64,000 nucleotides of DNA, taken from the NCBI GenBank assembly GCA_951406725.2, contig OX597824.1:86738001-86802000 (forward strand), given 5' to 3'. The first letter of the stretch is position 1. Each line of letters starts with the position of its first letter. Source of the DNA: Octopus vulgaris. Taxonomy: Eukaryota. Below the pieces are notes generated by a model, which was not told the origin of the DNA, made no database searches, and was given only the letters and a program-made list of their open reading frames with translations. This document shows positions 36,372 to 49,882 of this stretch, piece by piece. Made by a program: the position numbers and the translations under genes.

Positions 36372-38357
36372 TGGTTCAATAAATACAGAACAATAAATAT
36401 AGCCTTGTGCCAAAATCTGAAACCATTGCTAATCTGCTGTTTGAGACATAAATTAGCCATTAATTTTGATGGAAGTTTTTAGTTTGGATCACTTTAGAAC
36501 AAGAAGTTTGTATCATAAAACGAAGGGCAGTTTCGGTGGGTTGATATCAAGGGGATTAAAACATCACTGCTTTTACTGTACAAATGAGATTTCACTCTGT
36601 TGAATAGCAATGATGTGTAATGTTAGCTCCTGGTACATTTTAATACAGAAACACTCAAACGATTCCTCTTGAATTTGTAAGATTTTCAATGTCCCCAAGT
36701 GAACAGATTTATTTTACTCCTATCGTCCATATTAATCTTCAACATGAAGATTAAATAAGCATAAGAAATTAAGGTTTCTCAAAGGAGACTGTAATGCTCC
36801 CTTATAGGGTTGGGGGATTATTACAGCCTCCTCTGGAAGCCCCTGCACCAATGGTCCTCAATCAGGGCCCATATAAGAATTTTGAAGGTCCATGAAAGGA
36901 AATCAGTAAATTGGGGATGCACGTCCATGAAAAAATTTTGCTTTAACCCTTTTGATACCAACCCGGCTGAAACCAGCTCTGGCTCTGAGTACAAATGTCT
37001 CGTTTTCATAAGTTTTGAATTAAAATCTTCCACCAAACCTTAGTCACAATTTATGTTCCTAACACTAGCTGAATGATAACTAAGTTATTTGACTAAATTC
37101 TTTGTTATATTTAAAAATAATTGAAAGAAACACAGAGCATCTCAACAGAAATATGGGAACAAAAGGGTTAAAAGCATTCGTGCTGGTGCCATGTAGAAAG
37201 CACTAGTGATGGTGCCACATTAACCCTTTTGATATCAACCCACGTGAAACCACTTCTGGCTCTGTAGTACAAATGTCTTGTTCTCATAAGTTTTGAATTA
37301 AAATCTTCCACCAAACCTTAGTCACAATTTATGTTACTAACACTAGCTTAATGATAACTAAGTTATTTTACTAAATTCTTTGTTATATTTAAAATTAATT
37401 CAAAGAAACACAGAGCATCTCAACAGAAGTACGGTAATGAAAGGGTTAAATACATTTATTGCAAGAAACAGATTGGTTTTTACATAGTTCAAATAACTCG
37501 AGTGAATAACAAAATAGGAATTTTAAAAGAAATACCTATAAAACTAGTTTTTAACCCCTTTGTTCCTATATTTCTGTTGAGATGCTCTGTATTTCTTTCA
37601 ATTATTTTAGATGTAACAAAGAATTTAGTAAAATAACTTTGTTAACATTAAGCTAGTGTTAGGAACATTAATTGTGACTAAGGTTTGGGGGGAAGATTTA
37701 AATTCAAAATTTATGAAAACAAGATATTTGTACTACAGAGCCAGAGCCGGTTTCAGCCGGGTTGGTAACGAAAGGGTTAAACATCAAATGGTTATGGAGG
37801 TCCACTAGAATAAAATATTTATCAAAGTGGTCCACAGATAAAAAATAGTTGAGAACCATTACTCTATACTGTAAGGCAGCTATCATGAACTTCTTTTTGG
37901 GATTTTTGTTTTTTTACATGTGACCATGGCTCACATGTGTGTGATATCATAACTACCGTATCTGATATATAAAACTACTTCAGAATACCCTCACCTCATT
38001 CCTCCTTTGGCTATGCTACATAAACAAAAATTGAACAATTCATGAGACACATGACTAAGAAAAAGTTATCAAATATAGGCGTAGGAGTGGCTGTGTGGTA
38101 AGTAGCTTGCTTACCAACCACATGGTTCCGGGTTCATTCCCACTGCGTGGCACCTTGGGCAAGTGTCTTCTACTATAGCCTCGGGCCGATCAAAGCCTTG
38201 TGAGCGGATTTGGTAGATGGAAACTGAAAGAAGTCATCGTATATATGTATATATATATATATATATACATATATTTTTTCTTTCTCGTTAGACCACTGGT
38301 AACTAAGAATTTTTCGATGAATATTCTTGCTACCCTAAGATTTTAATTAACGCTAAA

Positions 38358-38436
<79 letters not shown>

Positions 38437-39506
38437 GTTTATGCTTGTGTGTCTGTGCTTGTCCCCCCAACAAAGTCGACTCGTATGAATTATCAGAAAC
38501 TGCTTTTCACTCTTATCGAACATTTTTCTTACAACAAATTCAAATATAACTTGAATCTACATCACTCAAAAAGTATTTGTAGAAAATTTCATTCACAAAT
38601 TCGGAGACGGGGCACAATTGTGTAGGTATGCCCTAGCAGAATCGTTAGAAACCCGGACAAAATGCTTAGTGACATTTCTTCCGACTTTACATTCGGTGTT
38701 CAGATTCCGCCGACTTTGTCCTTCAGAATGAGCAGCAAAGCCGATTTAATCAACAAGCCCCTTGCTCCATTAAACTTCTTATTTCTTTATTGCCCACAAG
38801 GGGCGAAACATAGAGGGGAACAAACAAGGACAGACAAAGGGGTTAAGTCGATTATATCGACCCCAGTGCATAACTGGTACTTAATTTATCGACCCCGAAA
38901 GGATGAGAGGCAAAGTGGACCTCGGCAGAATTTGAACTCAGAATGTAGCGGCAGACGAAATGCCTATTTCTTTATTGCCCACAAGGGGCTAAACACAGAG
39001 GAGACAAACAAGGACAGACAAACGGATTCCAGTGTGTAACTGGTACTTAACTTATCGACCCTGAAAGGATGAAAGGCAAAGTCGACCTCGGTGGAATTTG
39101 AACTCACAACGTAACGCAAACGAAATACGGCTACGCATTTCGCCCGATGTGCTTACGTTTCTGCTAGTTCGCCGTCTTTTGCTCCAACCTTTTCGTTACC
39201 GTATTTATTTTGAGATGCTCTGTGTTTCTTTCAATTACTTTAAATATAACAAAGAATTTAGTAAAAGAACTTAGTTATCATTAAGCTAGTGGTAGGAACA
39301 TAAATTGTGACTAATGGTTTGGTGAAAGATTTTAATTCAAAACTTATGAAAACAAGACATTTGTACTACAGGACCGAAGCCAGTTTCAGCCAGGTTGGTA
39401 ACGAAAGGGTTAAACTTCTGGTCTTGCGCCTGCAATGCAAATAATATTGCACAACCTGCGAGTGCTCTCCCTTGAGCGAATACGCTACAGCAAGGGAGAG
39501 CACTCA

Positions 39507-39518
39507 CCAATCACGTGA
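39507..39518. promoter_or_regulatory. CCAAT-adjacent CLEAR-like E-box (TCACGTGA) upstream of CLN3
   Basis: ccaaTCACGTGA about 600 bp before the ATG; function is inferred only. Confidence 0.35.
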
Positions 39519-39769
39519 TAGCGAAGTTATTTAAAGGCCTCAAGATCACAACAAACCAACCAAGTGAATGAACCTCATAGAGAAGGCTCCCTTCGCTGAT
39601 CATAACAGTAAAATCTCCCCCAAATCGACCCGAGTGTTTTAAGAACACATTAGTTATGGTAGTCATACATACCCTTGCAAAGACAGTATGGCTTAGGCGG
39701 GTATACTTTGATCATAGGTCTGATAGATCAAAGATGACCTGGACCCACTGAACAGAAGCGACCACTTTA

Positions 39770-39945
39770 TTTATATATATATAACAATTAATATATTATA
39801 TTTATATATATATAACAATTAATATATTATATTTATATATATATAACAATATATTATATTTATATAACAATATATATTTATATTTATATAACAATTAATA
39901 TATTATATTTATATATTTAACAATTAATATATTATTAATTGTTAA
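39770..39945. repeat. AT-rich minisatellite (TATATATAACAATTAATATATTATATT-like)
   Basis: Directly visible degenerate tandem units. Confidence 0.8.
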
Positions 39946-40116
39946 AATTTAAATAAAAAAACTCCCTCCGCCGAAAGGTCTGCCCTTTATACTGGACTTC
40001 TGTTCTTCACGCCAAATTTTTTTTTTTTAAACTTTCATAAAAGTTTTCGTTGATAAGCGAGGAATATATTTCTTTATCGTTGATTTTATTCCATCAACAA
40101 ACACTTCGTGGAGGAA

Positions 40117-40189
40117 ATGGACAACATAAAAAACCGTAGGAATGCTTCTGTCAGTTTTTCACAGTTGTCAACCGAAGAAGATATGGATG
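40117..40189 (+). CDS. CLN3: Battenin, coding exon 1 (MDNIKNRRNASVSFSQLSTEEDMD)
   Basis: ATG in a CpG-richer promoter-like region, donor G|GTAAG, phase compatible with exon 2. Sequence itself is not conserved. Confidence 0.7.
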
Positions 40190-41171
40190 GTAAGTTTATA
40201 ACTTTGAAGGATTCGACTGAGATTTTACCCAAACTGGAAAACTGTAAATAAGTTACTTTCTTGACACTCTTTAAAGCGTTAAGCTGTCACATGAATTCTA
40301 GTTGTTATTGTTTGGTTTCCGTTATTTCAACTTTCTTTTGTAATTTTATATTTTGCGGTGATTTTCAACACCTTTTCGTTAACTTTCCGTGATTAGAAAA
40401 GGGTCAAACTAAAGCAAGTTGTTTTACACCTATTACACTATTTATTTTTGTTTGTTTTTGTGTCCGGGTCAGACCCTCAGACCCTTTCGGAAATTCATGA
40501 TGTGAATTTTCGAGTCCAATCCTCCACCCACTTTCGCGAGCGCGCATTTATTTGTCATATTTGTTTAGAGCAAGTTGTTTTACATCTATTACACTATTTT
40601 TTTTTTTAATGCCTGGGTCAGACCCTTTAGTTTGACGTAGAAAAGATTATCCACTATTTAGCCCAGTCATCCTTTTTCAATATTTATGAAGTTTGTCATT
40701 CGACTAAGCTTTTCTACACATGCACACATACACCCATACACACACACGCATTTACTCGTATGTAATGCGAAAATTTTAATTTGAAAAAAAACAACATAAA
40801 AATGAAAATGCAGGGGTTGCAATACACTTGAGTGTAAAATATAAATACAGCAACAAATCTAAAAACGAATATACTGAATGTAGTAGCTCCGGGGAATCTC
40901 ACGATGAACGTGTTTTTATAGCCTGTGTTTTGAGGAAATATATCCAATAATAATTGTAGATTTCATTAACATGGGTCCCTGGTGGTGCGTGTATATAGAC
41001 TTGTTTAAAAGTGTTTCTATAATTATAAAATAAAAATACGGTTTAAACTTACGCAAATAGTGAAAAAAAAGTTTCGGTAAACACCATTATAATAGAAGTA
41101 TGGATGTGAAAAGCAGGTGTATTGCTTACAGTGCGAAATTTAAACTTCAAGCTGTAGAATTTTCCGAAAAG

Positions 41172-41332
41172 GGCGTAACTTCGGTATAGGTACCGGTGTA
41201 AGTACCGGATACATTTCAAGAAAGTGTTTTTTTTATATATGGGGGGTTTGGGTTAGGGGTGGGAGAAAAGGGTTTCTGTTATCTTCAGAAATGTGAACAA
41301 AGTCACGTGTGTACCTATACCGAAACATCACC
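41172..41332. mobile_element. MITE in pogo remnant
   Basis: TIR TTCGGTATAGGTAC/GTACCTATACCGAA with TSD CCGAAAAG. Confidence 0.85.
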
Positions 41333-41548
41333 CCGAAAAGAACAACAACTGTGCAACCTGTATGAAATTTGGTGTTCTTGAGAACAATATCAGGTTATGG
41401 AGGAAGAACAAAATCCAATTGCAAAAAATGCCTAGCAAGAAACAATCTCTAAGGAGGAAGCAGGCTCACTATCCAGAACTGGAGGAAGAATTGGTTGAAT
41501 GGGTGGAAGAAAAGAGAAAGGATGGACATATTGTAACAACATCGGATG

Positions 41549-41960
41549 ACTGTCTCCGCCACATTCTTTGCCGCCAACGCATTGATCGGGTTCCTACAGC
41601 CGGTCTTCGTCATCGTCTGAATCTCTGGCCCTTCCCTTCAGTGCTTTTACAACAGCGCTTAAGGTGGTTCGGTCATGCAGCCTGGCGTCCAGAGGGTGAG
41701 CTGATTCGCGATGTCCTCTTCCCAGCTAGCGCAGGCGGGCAGCTGAAGACCTGGGCAACGACGATAAAGGAGGACCTCTCTGAGCTCTCAGGTCTGCAGG
41801 TGGTCAGTCTGCACAGATGGAACCACGAATGGCTCGCTATCTCCAGTGACCTTGCACAGGACCGTCGAGCGTGGGCCGCCATGGTTCGTGATGCCGTTAG
41901 GACCAGAGAAGAAGCCAGCTCAACCTGCCCTGGGTGAACGCCGTCATAAGACAAGACAAG
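41549..41960 (+). mobile_element. 5'-truncated RTE LINE
   Basis: Encodes RRLRWFGHAAWR-like and AQDRRAW motifs; (CAAGA)n tail; 11-bp TSD AACATCGGATG. Confidence 0.9.
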
Positions 41961-42680
41961 AACATCGGATGTAAAGTTACAAGCAAAGAAAATGTCAAAA
42001 GATGAGAAATATGGAATTAGTCAATCTTTCAAGTTTCCGAATGGATGGTGCCAAAGATTCTTCAGAAGACATTCTTCAGCTGTAAGTCAGAAAACAAATA
42101 CTTCATAGAAGCTTCCTTCTGATGTAGACGAAATGATTGTGCAGTTTCATTGCTTTATAATAAAACTGAGGAAGTGGTATGACTTTGGACTGTGTCAAAT
42201 TCAAGACTTGTATGAGATACATGTGGAGGTGCGTGGCTTAGTGGTTAGGGTGTCAGCACCATGATCGTATGATTGTGGTTTCAATTCCTGGACCAGGCAA
42301 CGCGTTGTGTTCTTGAGCAAAACACTTCATTTCACGTTGCTCCAGTCCACTCAGCTGGCAAAAATGAGTAACGCTGCAATGGACTGGCGTCCCGTCCAGC
42401 TGGGGAACACATACGCCATAGAAACTGGGCTCATGAGCCTGGCTAGGCTTTAAAAGGGCACATTTATTATTATTTTATAAGATACATATTTGTTTTTTGT
42501 TGTTTTTCCTATAACATGTCAAGGAACAGAGCATTGAATAAAATATGGAGTATTACTATGGAAGAGCAACAAGACAAAAAAACATGATACTGTTTTTTCT
42601 TTAGCTGATGGAACCAAGCTAAACCTTATGATTATTGTTAAAAGAAAAACAGTTCCTCCTCCTCCTCCTCCTTCTTCTTC

Positions 42681-43410
42681 TTAATAATAATAATAATAAT
42701 CCTTTTTGCCCCTTGTGGAGCATAGGGCCTCAACAGTTGTTTTCCACTTTTTGCAGTCATTGACATGTTTCTTGGCTGCTTCCCATGTCAGGTCGGTGGT
42801 CCTGAGCTCGTCCAAAATGCTCTGCTTCCATGTCTGCTTCAGGTGTCCTCGCTTCCTTTTCCCCAGCGGGTTCCAGTCAAGTGCTTGTGTCACATTTGAG
42901 TGTTCTTTCCGCAGTGTGTGTCCAATCCATCTCCATTTCCTTTGCCTAATTTGAACATGCATGGGCTCTCCTGGTTGGCCCTTTCCCACAGGTTGGTGTT
43001 TGGCACTCTGTCGAACCACTTCAGACGGAGGATCTGCCGGAGACATTTGTTGATGAAGTTCTGGATCTTCTTATAGTTGCTGCAGGTGGCTCTCCATGTT
43101 TCAGAGCCATACAAAAGCTCAGATTTTACATTTGAACCAAATAAGTGGAGTTTAGTTCGAGTTGAGATGGCAATGGACTTCCATACCGGCCGAAGAATAG
43201 CGAAGGCTTGCCAAGCCTTCTTCCTTCTTGCTGTGATGTCCTCGTCTGATCTGCCTGATTTGCTGATCTTGCTTCCAAGATAGACAAACTCACTAACATC
43301 CTCCACAGGTGCCCCCTCAATTGTGATTGGCTTTTCCTGCTTGTTGTTGATATGCAGCACTTTTGTCTTTTCCTGGCTGATCCTCAAGCCCACTCACCGT
43401 GAAGTTTCTG
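42681..43410 (-). mobile_element. RTE LINE 3' fragment (RT thumb/C-terminus)
   Basis: GLRISQEKTK…FVYLGS…LLYGSETW…WRWIGHTLRK, frameshifted, with (TAT)n tail. Confidence 0.9.
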
Positions 43411-43667
43411 TCAGGTGGTCATATTCAATTAATAAACTGTAATATTTCTCTTTGTCTCTCTCTGCATATTCCTGTTTCCTTGAGTGCCAAAAAGTACAAA
43501 GCAGGTTGAATGCCCTATCACCCATGGCAAAATGCCAGTATCTAAACAGCTGTATTAAATCCTCTCATTCTGTTCTTCTAATTCCTCTAACCTTACTAGT
43601 CATGTTTTTTTGAGAAATAGTTGTATGCACATTTTACCATTTTTTAAAATCTTTTTTTTTTTTTTAG

Positions 43668-43751
43668 ATCAAGTGAACGCTGAAGATTCTACCTACCTGC
43701 TTCCTTCTGAACACTCCACTTCTACAATGCAAAACAATTCACAACATTCCT
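43668..43751 (+). CDS. CLN3: Battenin exon 2 (DQVNAEDSTYLLPSEH…)
   Basis: Poly-T acceptor, GTAAG donor, 84 nt, phase 1-1, open frame. Confidence 0.7.
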
Positions 43752-44834
43752 GTAAGCCACAATTTTAATACTAACCTCTTCATTAGTCACTGGGTCTTCA
43801 TCATCATCATTATCATTGTCATCATCATCATTCAACGTTTGTGTTCTATTCTCGCGTGGAGGCGCATAGCTAAATGGTTAGGGTGTTAGACACATGATCA
43901 TAAGATTGTGGTTTCAATTCCTGGACCGGGCGACATGTTGCGTCCTTGAACAAAACACTTCATTTCATGCTGCCACAGTCCACTCAGCTGTTAATAGGTA
44001 ACCCTATGACAGACTAGGCTTCCAGTGAAGTCACATGGCTTAGTGGTTAGGGTGTTAGACTCATGATCATAAGATTATGGTTTCAATTCCTGGACTGGGC
44101 AACGCGTTGTGTTCTTGAGCAAAGCACTTCATTTCATGTTGTTCCACTTCACTCAACTGGTAAAAAATGAATAACCCTGGGACGGACCAGCGTCCCATCC
44201 AGGTGGGGAATTTATATACAATGGAAACCAGGAAATCGGCCCTCGTGAGTTGGCATGATTCGAGAAGGCAATTTTATTTTACTTTTTACTTATGCTCTTT
44301 GCTGATATGGGTCAGACAATTTGAGAGGATCCACTGAGTCCAAGAACTGCATCATACTTCAAAGTCTACTTTGGCATAGTTTCTATGGCTGGATGCCCTT
44401 CTTTATGCCAACCACTTTACAACAAGTACAGGGTGCATTTTTTGTGCCACCCCATTACTGAGGTTGCTATGTGCAGCTTGCAAAACTACAAACCCTGAAG
44501 GAGAGGAAGATCAGTTTTATGCTAGGGGACTACGGGTTCCTACGAGAGAATTGTGGGTGAGTTGGGAACAGACCAGGTTCTTGTAGAAGGGCTGCATGGT
44601 TTCTCATATTTATTAAGGAAAGGAAGAGGATGATCAGAGAGAGAGAGAGGAGATGAGGTGTCCAGTTAGCCTCAAAGTGGGTAGGTGGAAGACAGGGTGG
44701 GGGTTTGCAAGATTGTATGGGATGCTGGAGATGAGGGTGTGCAAATATATTTCTTACTTGAACGATGAAGTGGGACAGACAGTGATGAAGTGGTCCCAGA
44801 TGGAACTAAAGGAAGGTGGAAAATATATATTTAT

Positions 44835-45090
44835 TTTTGGGTTGGTGCATAATTATTGATGCTTTTTTTCAGCAAATTTTATTCAACAAAAACTATAACA
44901 ATATTTAACAAAAACATCTTTAATTGACGATCTGACCATCTGCTGAGCAAATGGGAAGCAGTAATTGAAGTAGATGGTGAATATGCTCCAGAATAATCAT
45001 TTAAAGATATTTTTGTTATATGCTGTTATTGTTTTTGTTGAATAAAATTTGTTGAAAAAAGTCTGCAATAATTATGCACCAACCCAATAT
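44835..45090. mobile_element. mariner-derived MITE
   Basis: Long TIRs TTGGGTTGGTGCATAATTATTG…CAATAATTATGCACCAACCCAA. Confidence 0.85.
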
Positions 45091-45844
45091 TAGAGAGAAA
45101 GATTGTTGAATATGGAAAAGTCAATGAAGTGAGAACATGGAGAGCAATCCAGTCTTTAGACTGGCAGGGCTGTTAGCTGTAATTGAAGCAAAAGAGTTAT
45201 GAAGAATGGAAAAGCAGGAGGATCAGCAGGATTTGTGGGTAATGCTTTGGGTCATTTTTCACAGCCATTTGGCATCACTTATTTCATGTCACTGAATCGA
45301 AGCTGACTTATTTGACATCAGACGTTTAAATGATTCCCTCTATCTCTCTCTTTTCCTCTCTTTCATTCTTTAAGTGTATATTTATCTGTACAATACCGGT
45401 GGCACGTAAGAGAACCATCTGAACGTGGCCGTTGCCAGCGCCGCCCTGACTGGCCTCGTGCCGGTGGCACGTAAAAAGCACCATCCGTTCGTGGCTGTTG
45501 CCAGAGACGCCTGGCCCCCGTGCCAGTGGCACGTAAAATGCACCATCCAATCGTGGCCGTTTGCCAGCCTCGTCTGGCACCTGTGCTGGTGGCACGTAAA
45601 AAGCACCCACTACACTCACGGAGTGGTTGGCGTTAGGAAGGGCATCCAGCTGTAGAAACATTGCCAGATCAGACTGGGCCTGATGCAGCCTTCTGGCTTC
45701 CCAGACCCCAGTTGAACCGTCCAACCCATGCTAGCATGGAAAGTGGATGCTAAATGATGATGATGATGTGTATATTTCTGTGCATGCATGTGAGGATGTG
45801 TTAATATCCTTATTTTTCTGATGACATATTTTCTTTTACTTCAG

Positions 45845-45899
45845 TGGATTCTATGAAGCATGAAGAGAAGGAAAATAAAAGAAATCTCTTAGCTTTTTG
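45845..45899 (+). CDS. CLN3: Battenin exon 3 (…KRNLLAFW)
   Basis: AG/GT boundaries; RNLLAFW corresponds to the CLN3 'N..GFW' motif. Confidence 0.85.
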
Positions 45900-48327
45900 G
45901 TAAGCAACTGCCAAATTCTTCCTATCATCAATATCACCAACCTCTCGTCTTTATCATTAAAGTATTTAATCTACTTCACACCAATTACTTGAATCTATCA
46001 AAATGTAAAGTAAAAACCCCCTTCGGTCATGAATGACCGACCATGGGATTCCACCTAGAAAGTTACCCTCTGAGGCACAAGTCTGGGCAAGTTTGTTTTA
46101 TGAAAGACCAGTCACCCATGCATACCAGCCTCCTCTCACCAATACCACTGGCTGGTGTTATCCAAGGGAAAGGTAAAGGGGCCAACACAGCTTGGCACCT
46201 GTGACATCATAACTCTTTTCTACAGCTGAGTGAACTGGAGCAATGTGAAATAAAGTGTCTTACTCAAGAACACAACACACAGTCCGGCATGGTAATTGAA
46301 CTCACTATCTCATGATTGTGAGCCCAACACTCGAACCAGTGAGCCATGCACCTTCACTGTCAAAATATATTTGTGTGTGGAATTCAACTATATTTCTTTA
46401 CTACCCACAAGGGGCTAAACACAGAGGGGACAAACAGGGACAGACAAATGGATTAAGTCGATTACATCAACCCCAGTGCGTAAATGGTACTTAATTTACT
46501 TAATGGTACTTAAGGTGGCGAGCTGGCAGAGACAGTAAGCACGCCGGGCGAAATGCTTAGCGGTATTTCGTCTGCCATTACGTTCTGAGTTCAAATTCCG
46601 CCGAGGTCAACTTTGCTTTTCATCCTTTTGGGGGTCGATTAAATAAGTACCAGTTACGCACTGGGGCCGATGTAATCGACTTAATCCCTCTGTTTGTCCT
46701 TGTTTGTCTCTTCTGTGTTTAGCCCCTTCTGGGTAGTAAAGAAATAGGTACTTAATTTATCGACTCCGAAAGGATGAAAGGCAAAGTCGACCTCGGCGGA
46801 ATTTGAACCCAGAACGTAACGGCAGATGAAATACGGCTACGCATTTCGCCCAGCGTGCTAACGTTTCTGCCAGCTCGCCGCCTTGTGGAATTCAGCTATA
46901 AGTGGCCTATACTCCGCGTTAGGGCGGGTTAAAGGCAGGAAAAACAAAATTTTTATATGGTATAGAAACATGGACATTGATGAAAACTGACAAAGCAGAA
47001 GCTTTTGAAATGTGAATATAGAAAAAAAATGTTAAAAGTATTTTGGACAAGACATAAAACCAATGAGGTGGCAAGCTGGCAGAAACGTTAGCACGCCGGG
47101 CAAAATGCTTAGCGGTATTTCGTCTGCCGTTGCGTTCTGAGTTCAAATTACGCCGAGGTCGCCACCCTAATAATAATAATAGTAGTTTTAAATTTTGCCA
47201 CAAGGGCTGCAATTTTGAGGGAGGAGGAGAAGTTGATTACATTGACCGCAGTACGCAACTGGTACTTAGTATATTAACCCAAAGATGGTGAAAGGCAAAG
47301 TTGACCTTGGCAGAATTTGAACTCACAATGTAGCGATAGGTGAAATACTGCTAACGATTCTGCCAGCTAGCCACCTTAATAATAATAATAATAAGAATGA
47401 TGTTGAGATATTTAACCCTTTCATTATTGTATTTATTTTGAGATGCTGTGTGTTTCTTTCAATTAATTTTAAATATAACAAAGAATTTAGTAAAATAACT
47501 TAGTTATCATTCAGCTAGTGTTAGGAACATAAATTGTGACTAAGGTTTGGTGGAAGATTTTAATTCAAAACAAGACATTTGTTCTCAGTGCCAGAGCCGG
47601 TTTCAGCCGGGTTGGTAACGAAAGAGTTAAAGATGATTTCATTTTTGCTACTACTCTCACATTCATTTAATCTAAACTCGACCATTTTTTAGTGCCAGTT
47701 GTCTGTGTAATGTAATTTCTTGAAATGTAAAGAATTGGAAGAAATGCCATGAAGCATTTTTGTCTGCTGTGCTCTAACAATCCTGCCAGGTTGCTGCCTT
47801 AATAAAAATATGAGATAATTTAAGATGCCCTCCCATTCATTTAATCTAAACTTTACCGTTTTTTGGTGCCAGTTATTTGTATTACTCTTTTACTCTTTTA
47901 CTTGTTTCAGTCATTTGACTGCGGCCATGCTGGAGCACCGCCTTTTAATCGAGCAACTCGACCCCGGGACTTATTCTTTGTAAGCCCAGTACTTATTCTA
48001 TCGGTCTCTTTTGCTGAACTGCTAAGTGACGAGGACATAAACACACCAGCATCGGTTGTCAAGCAATGCTAGGGGGACAAACACAGACACACAAACACAC
48101 ATACACATACATATATATACATATATACGACGGGCTTCTTTCAGTTTCCGTCTACCAAATCCACTCACAAGGCTTTGGTCGGCCCGAGGCTTTAGTAGAA
48201 GACACTTGCCCAAGATGCCACGCAGTGGGACTGAACCCAGAACCATGTGGTTGGTAAGCAAGCTACTTACCACACAGCCACTCTTACGACTATGTATAAT
48301 GTAATTTCATATTTTATTCCTTTCCAG

Positions 48328-48430
48328 GATATTTGGGTTGTGCAATAACTTTGCCTATGTGATAATGCTGAGTGCTGCTCATGATATTCTGAAAGAAGAG
48401 AAAAATAAAAACCAGTCTGTTACATATGAT
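48328..48430 (+). CDS. CLN3: Battenin exon 4
   Basis: IFGLCNNFAYVIMLSAAHDIL, the CLN3 hallmark motif. Confidence 0.95.
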
Positions 48431-48453
48431 GTTAGTATAGCACATTTTTCTGC

Positions 48454-48507
<54 letters not shown>

Positions 48508-48574
48508 GCATGACTTGTTGCTCTACATTGTCTAAAACCTACTCTTTACTCTTTTACTTGTTTACTTGTTTATA

Positions 48575-48995
48575 TGATATAATAAAATTAAATTAAATAA
48601 AATAAAAAAATAAAATAAAAACATAAAATAAAAGAACTAATATAATAAAAGAAAAAAATAAAATAAAAAATAAAATAAAATAAAAAAATAAAATATAAAC
48701 ATAAAATAAAAGAACTAATATAATAAAAGAAAAGAAAAAATAAAATAAAAAATAAAATAAAATAAAAGAACTAATAAAAGAAAATAAAAAATAAAATAAA
48801 ATAAATTATAATAAAAAATAAAATAAAACGAAATAATATAATGAAAGAAAAGAAAAAATATAATAGAATAAATTATAATAAAATAAAATGAAATAATAAA
48901 ATAAAATAAAATACAATAAAATAAAATTAATTATAAAAAAAATAAAATGAAACGAAATAATATAATAAAATAATTAAATAAAATAAAATAAAGTA
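48575..48995. repeat. (TAAAA)n low-complexity tract
   Basis: Directly visible. Confidence 0.9.
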
Positions 48996-49736
48996 ATGTA
49001 ATGTAATGTGATGTGATGCTGAAGCAAATTAACACCAAATATATAGTCTGTGTTTTTTTTGGCTAAACTGGCAACATGACCTTCCCCAAATACAACAATA
49101 TATGTTTCAACACGCGATTTCACATCAGGAATCTTGCAAAACGAATATATATATATCATCATCATCGTTTAACGTCCGCTTTCCATGCTAGCATGGGTTG
49201 GACGGTTCAACTGGGGTCTGGCAAGCCCGAAGGCTGCACCAGGCCAGTCAGATCTGGCAGTGTTTCTACAGCTGGATGCCCTTCCTAACGCCAACCACTC
49301 CGAGAGTGTAGTGGGTGATTTTATGTGCCACCGACACAGGTGCCAGACGAGGCTGGCAGATGGTCACACTTGGATGGTGTTTTTTATGTGCCACCGACAC
49401 AGGTGCCAGACGAAGCTGGCAGACGGTCACGCTCGGATGGTGTTTTTTATGTGCCACCGACACAGGTGCCAGACGAGGCTGGCAGACGGCCACGCTCGGA
49501 TGGTGTTTTTTATGTGCCACCGACACAGGTGCCAGATGAGGCTGGCGAACGAATATAATAAAATAATTAAATAAAATAAAATAAAGTAATGTAATGTAAT
49601 GTAATGTGATGCTGAAGCAAATTAACACCAAATATATAGTCCGTGTGTTTTTTTGGCTAAACTGGCAACATGACCTTCCCCTAATACAACAATATATGTT
49701 TCAACACACGATTTCACATCAGGAATCTTGCAAAAC

Positions 49737-49774
<38 letters not shown>

Positions 49775-49831
49775 TTATAGAAGGAGCTTCTACAGGACTA
49801 GAACTGTTTCATTCAAAAGAAATCATCAGGA

Positions 49832-49882
49832 AGCTTCCTGATGATTTCTTTTGAATGAAACAGTTCTAGTCCTGTAGAAGCT
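49832..49882 (+). ncRNA. Type I hammerhead ribozyme motif (mirror copy on - at ~49785-49836)
   Basis: AGCUUC-CUGAUGA-UUUCUUUUGAAU-GAAA-CAG-UUCUAGUC-CUG-UA-GAAGCU. Stem I is 6 bp, stem III is ACAG/CUGU, cleavage triplet GUA; stem II is weak. Confidence 0.75.

Larger units (their letters stand above)
41100..42656 (+). pseudogene. pogo/Tigger transposase remnant (Brinker-type HTH, CENP-B HTH, start of DDE) interrupted by nested inserts
   Basis: YSAKFKLQAVEFSEK…YPELEEELVEWVEEKRKDG…FKFPNGWCQRFFRRH…ADGTKL, with an in-frame stop. Confidence 0.85.

Noticed and set aside
41293-41937. 214-aa protein-coding gene
   Set aside because: Chance in-frame join of MITE end, pogo HTH and RTE fragment, each delimited by TSDs.
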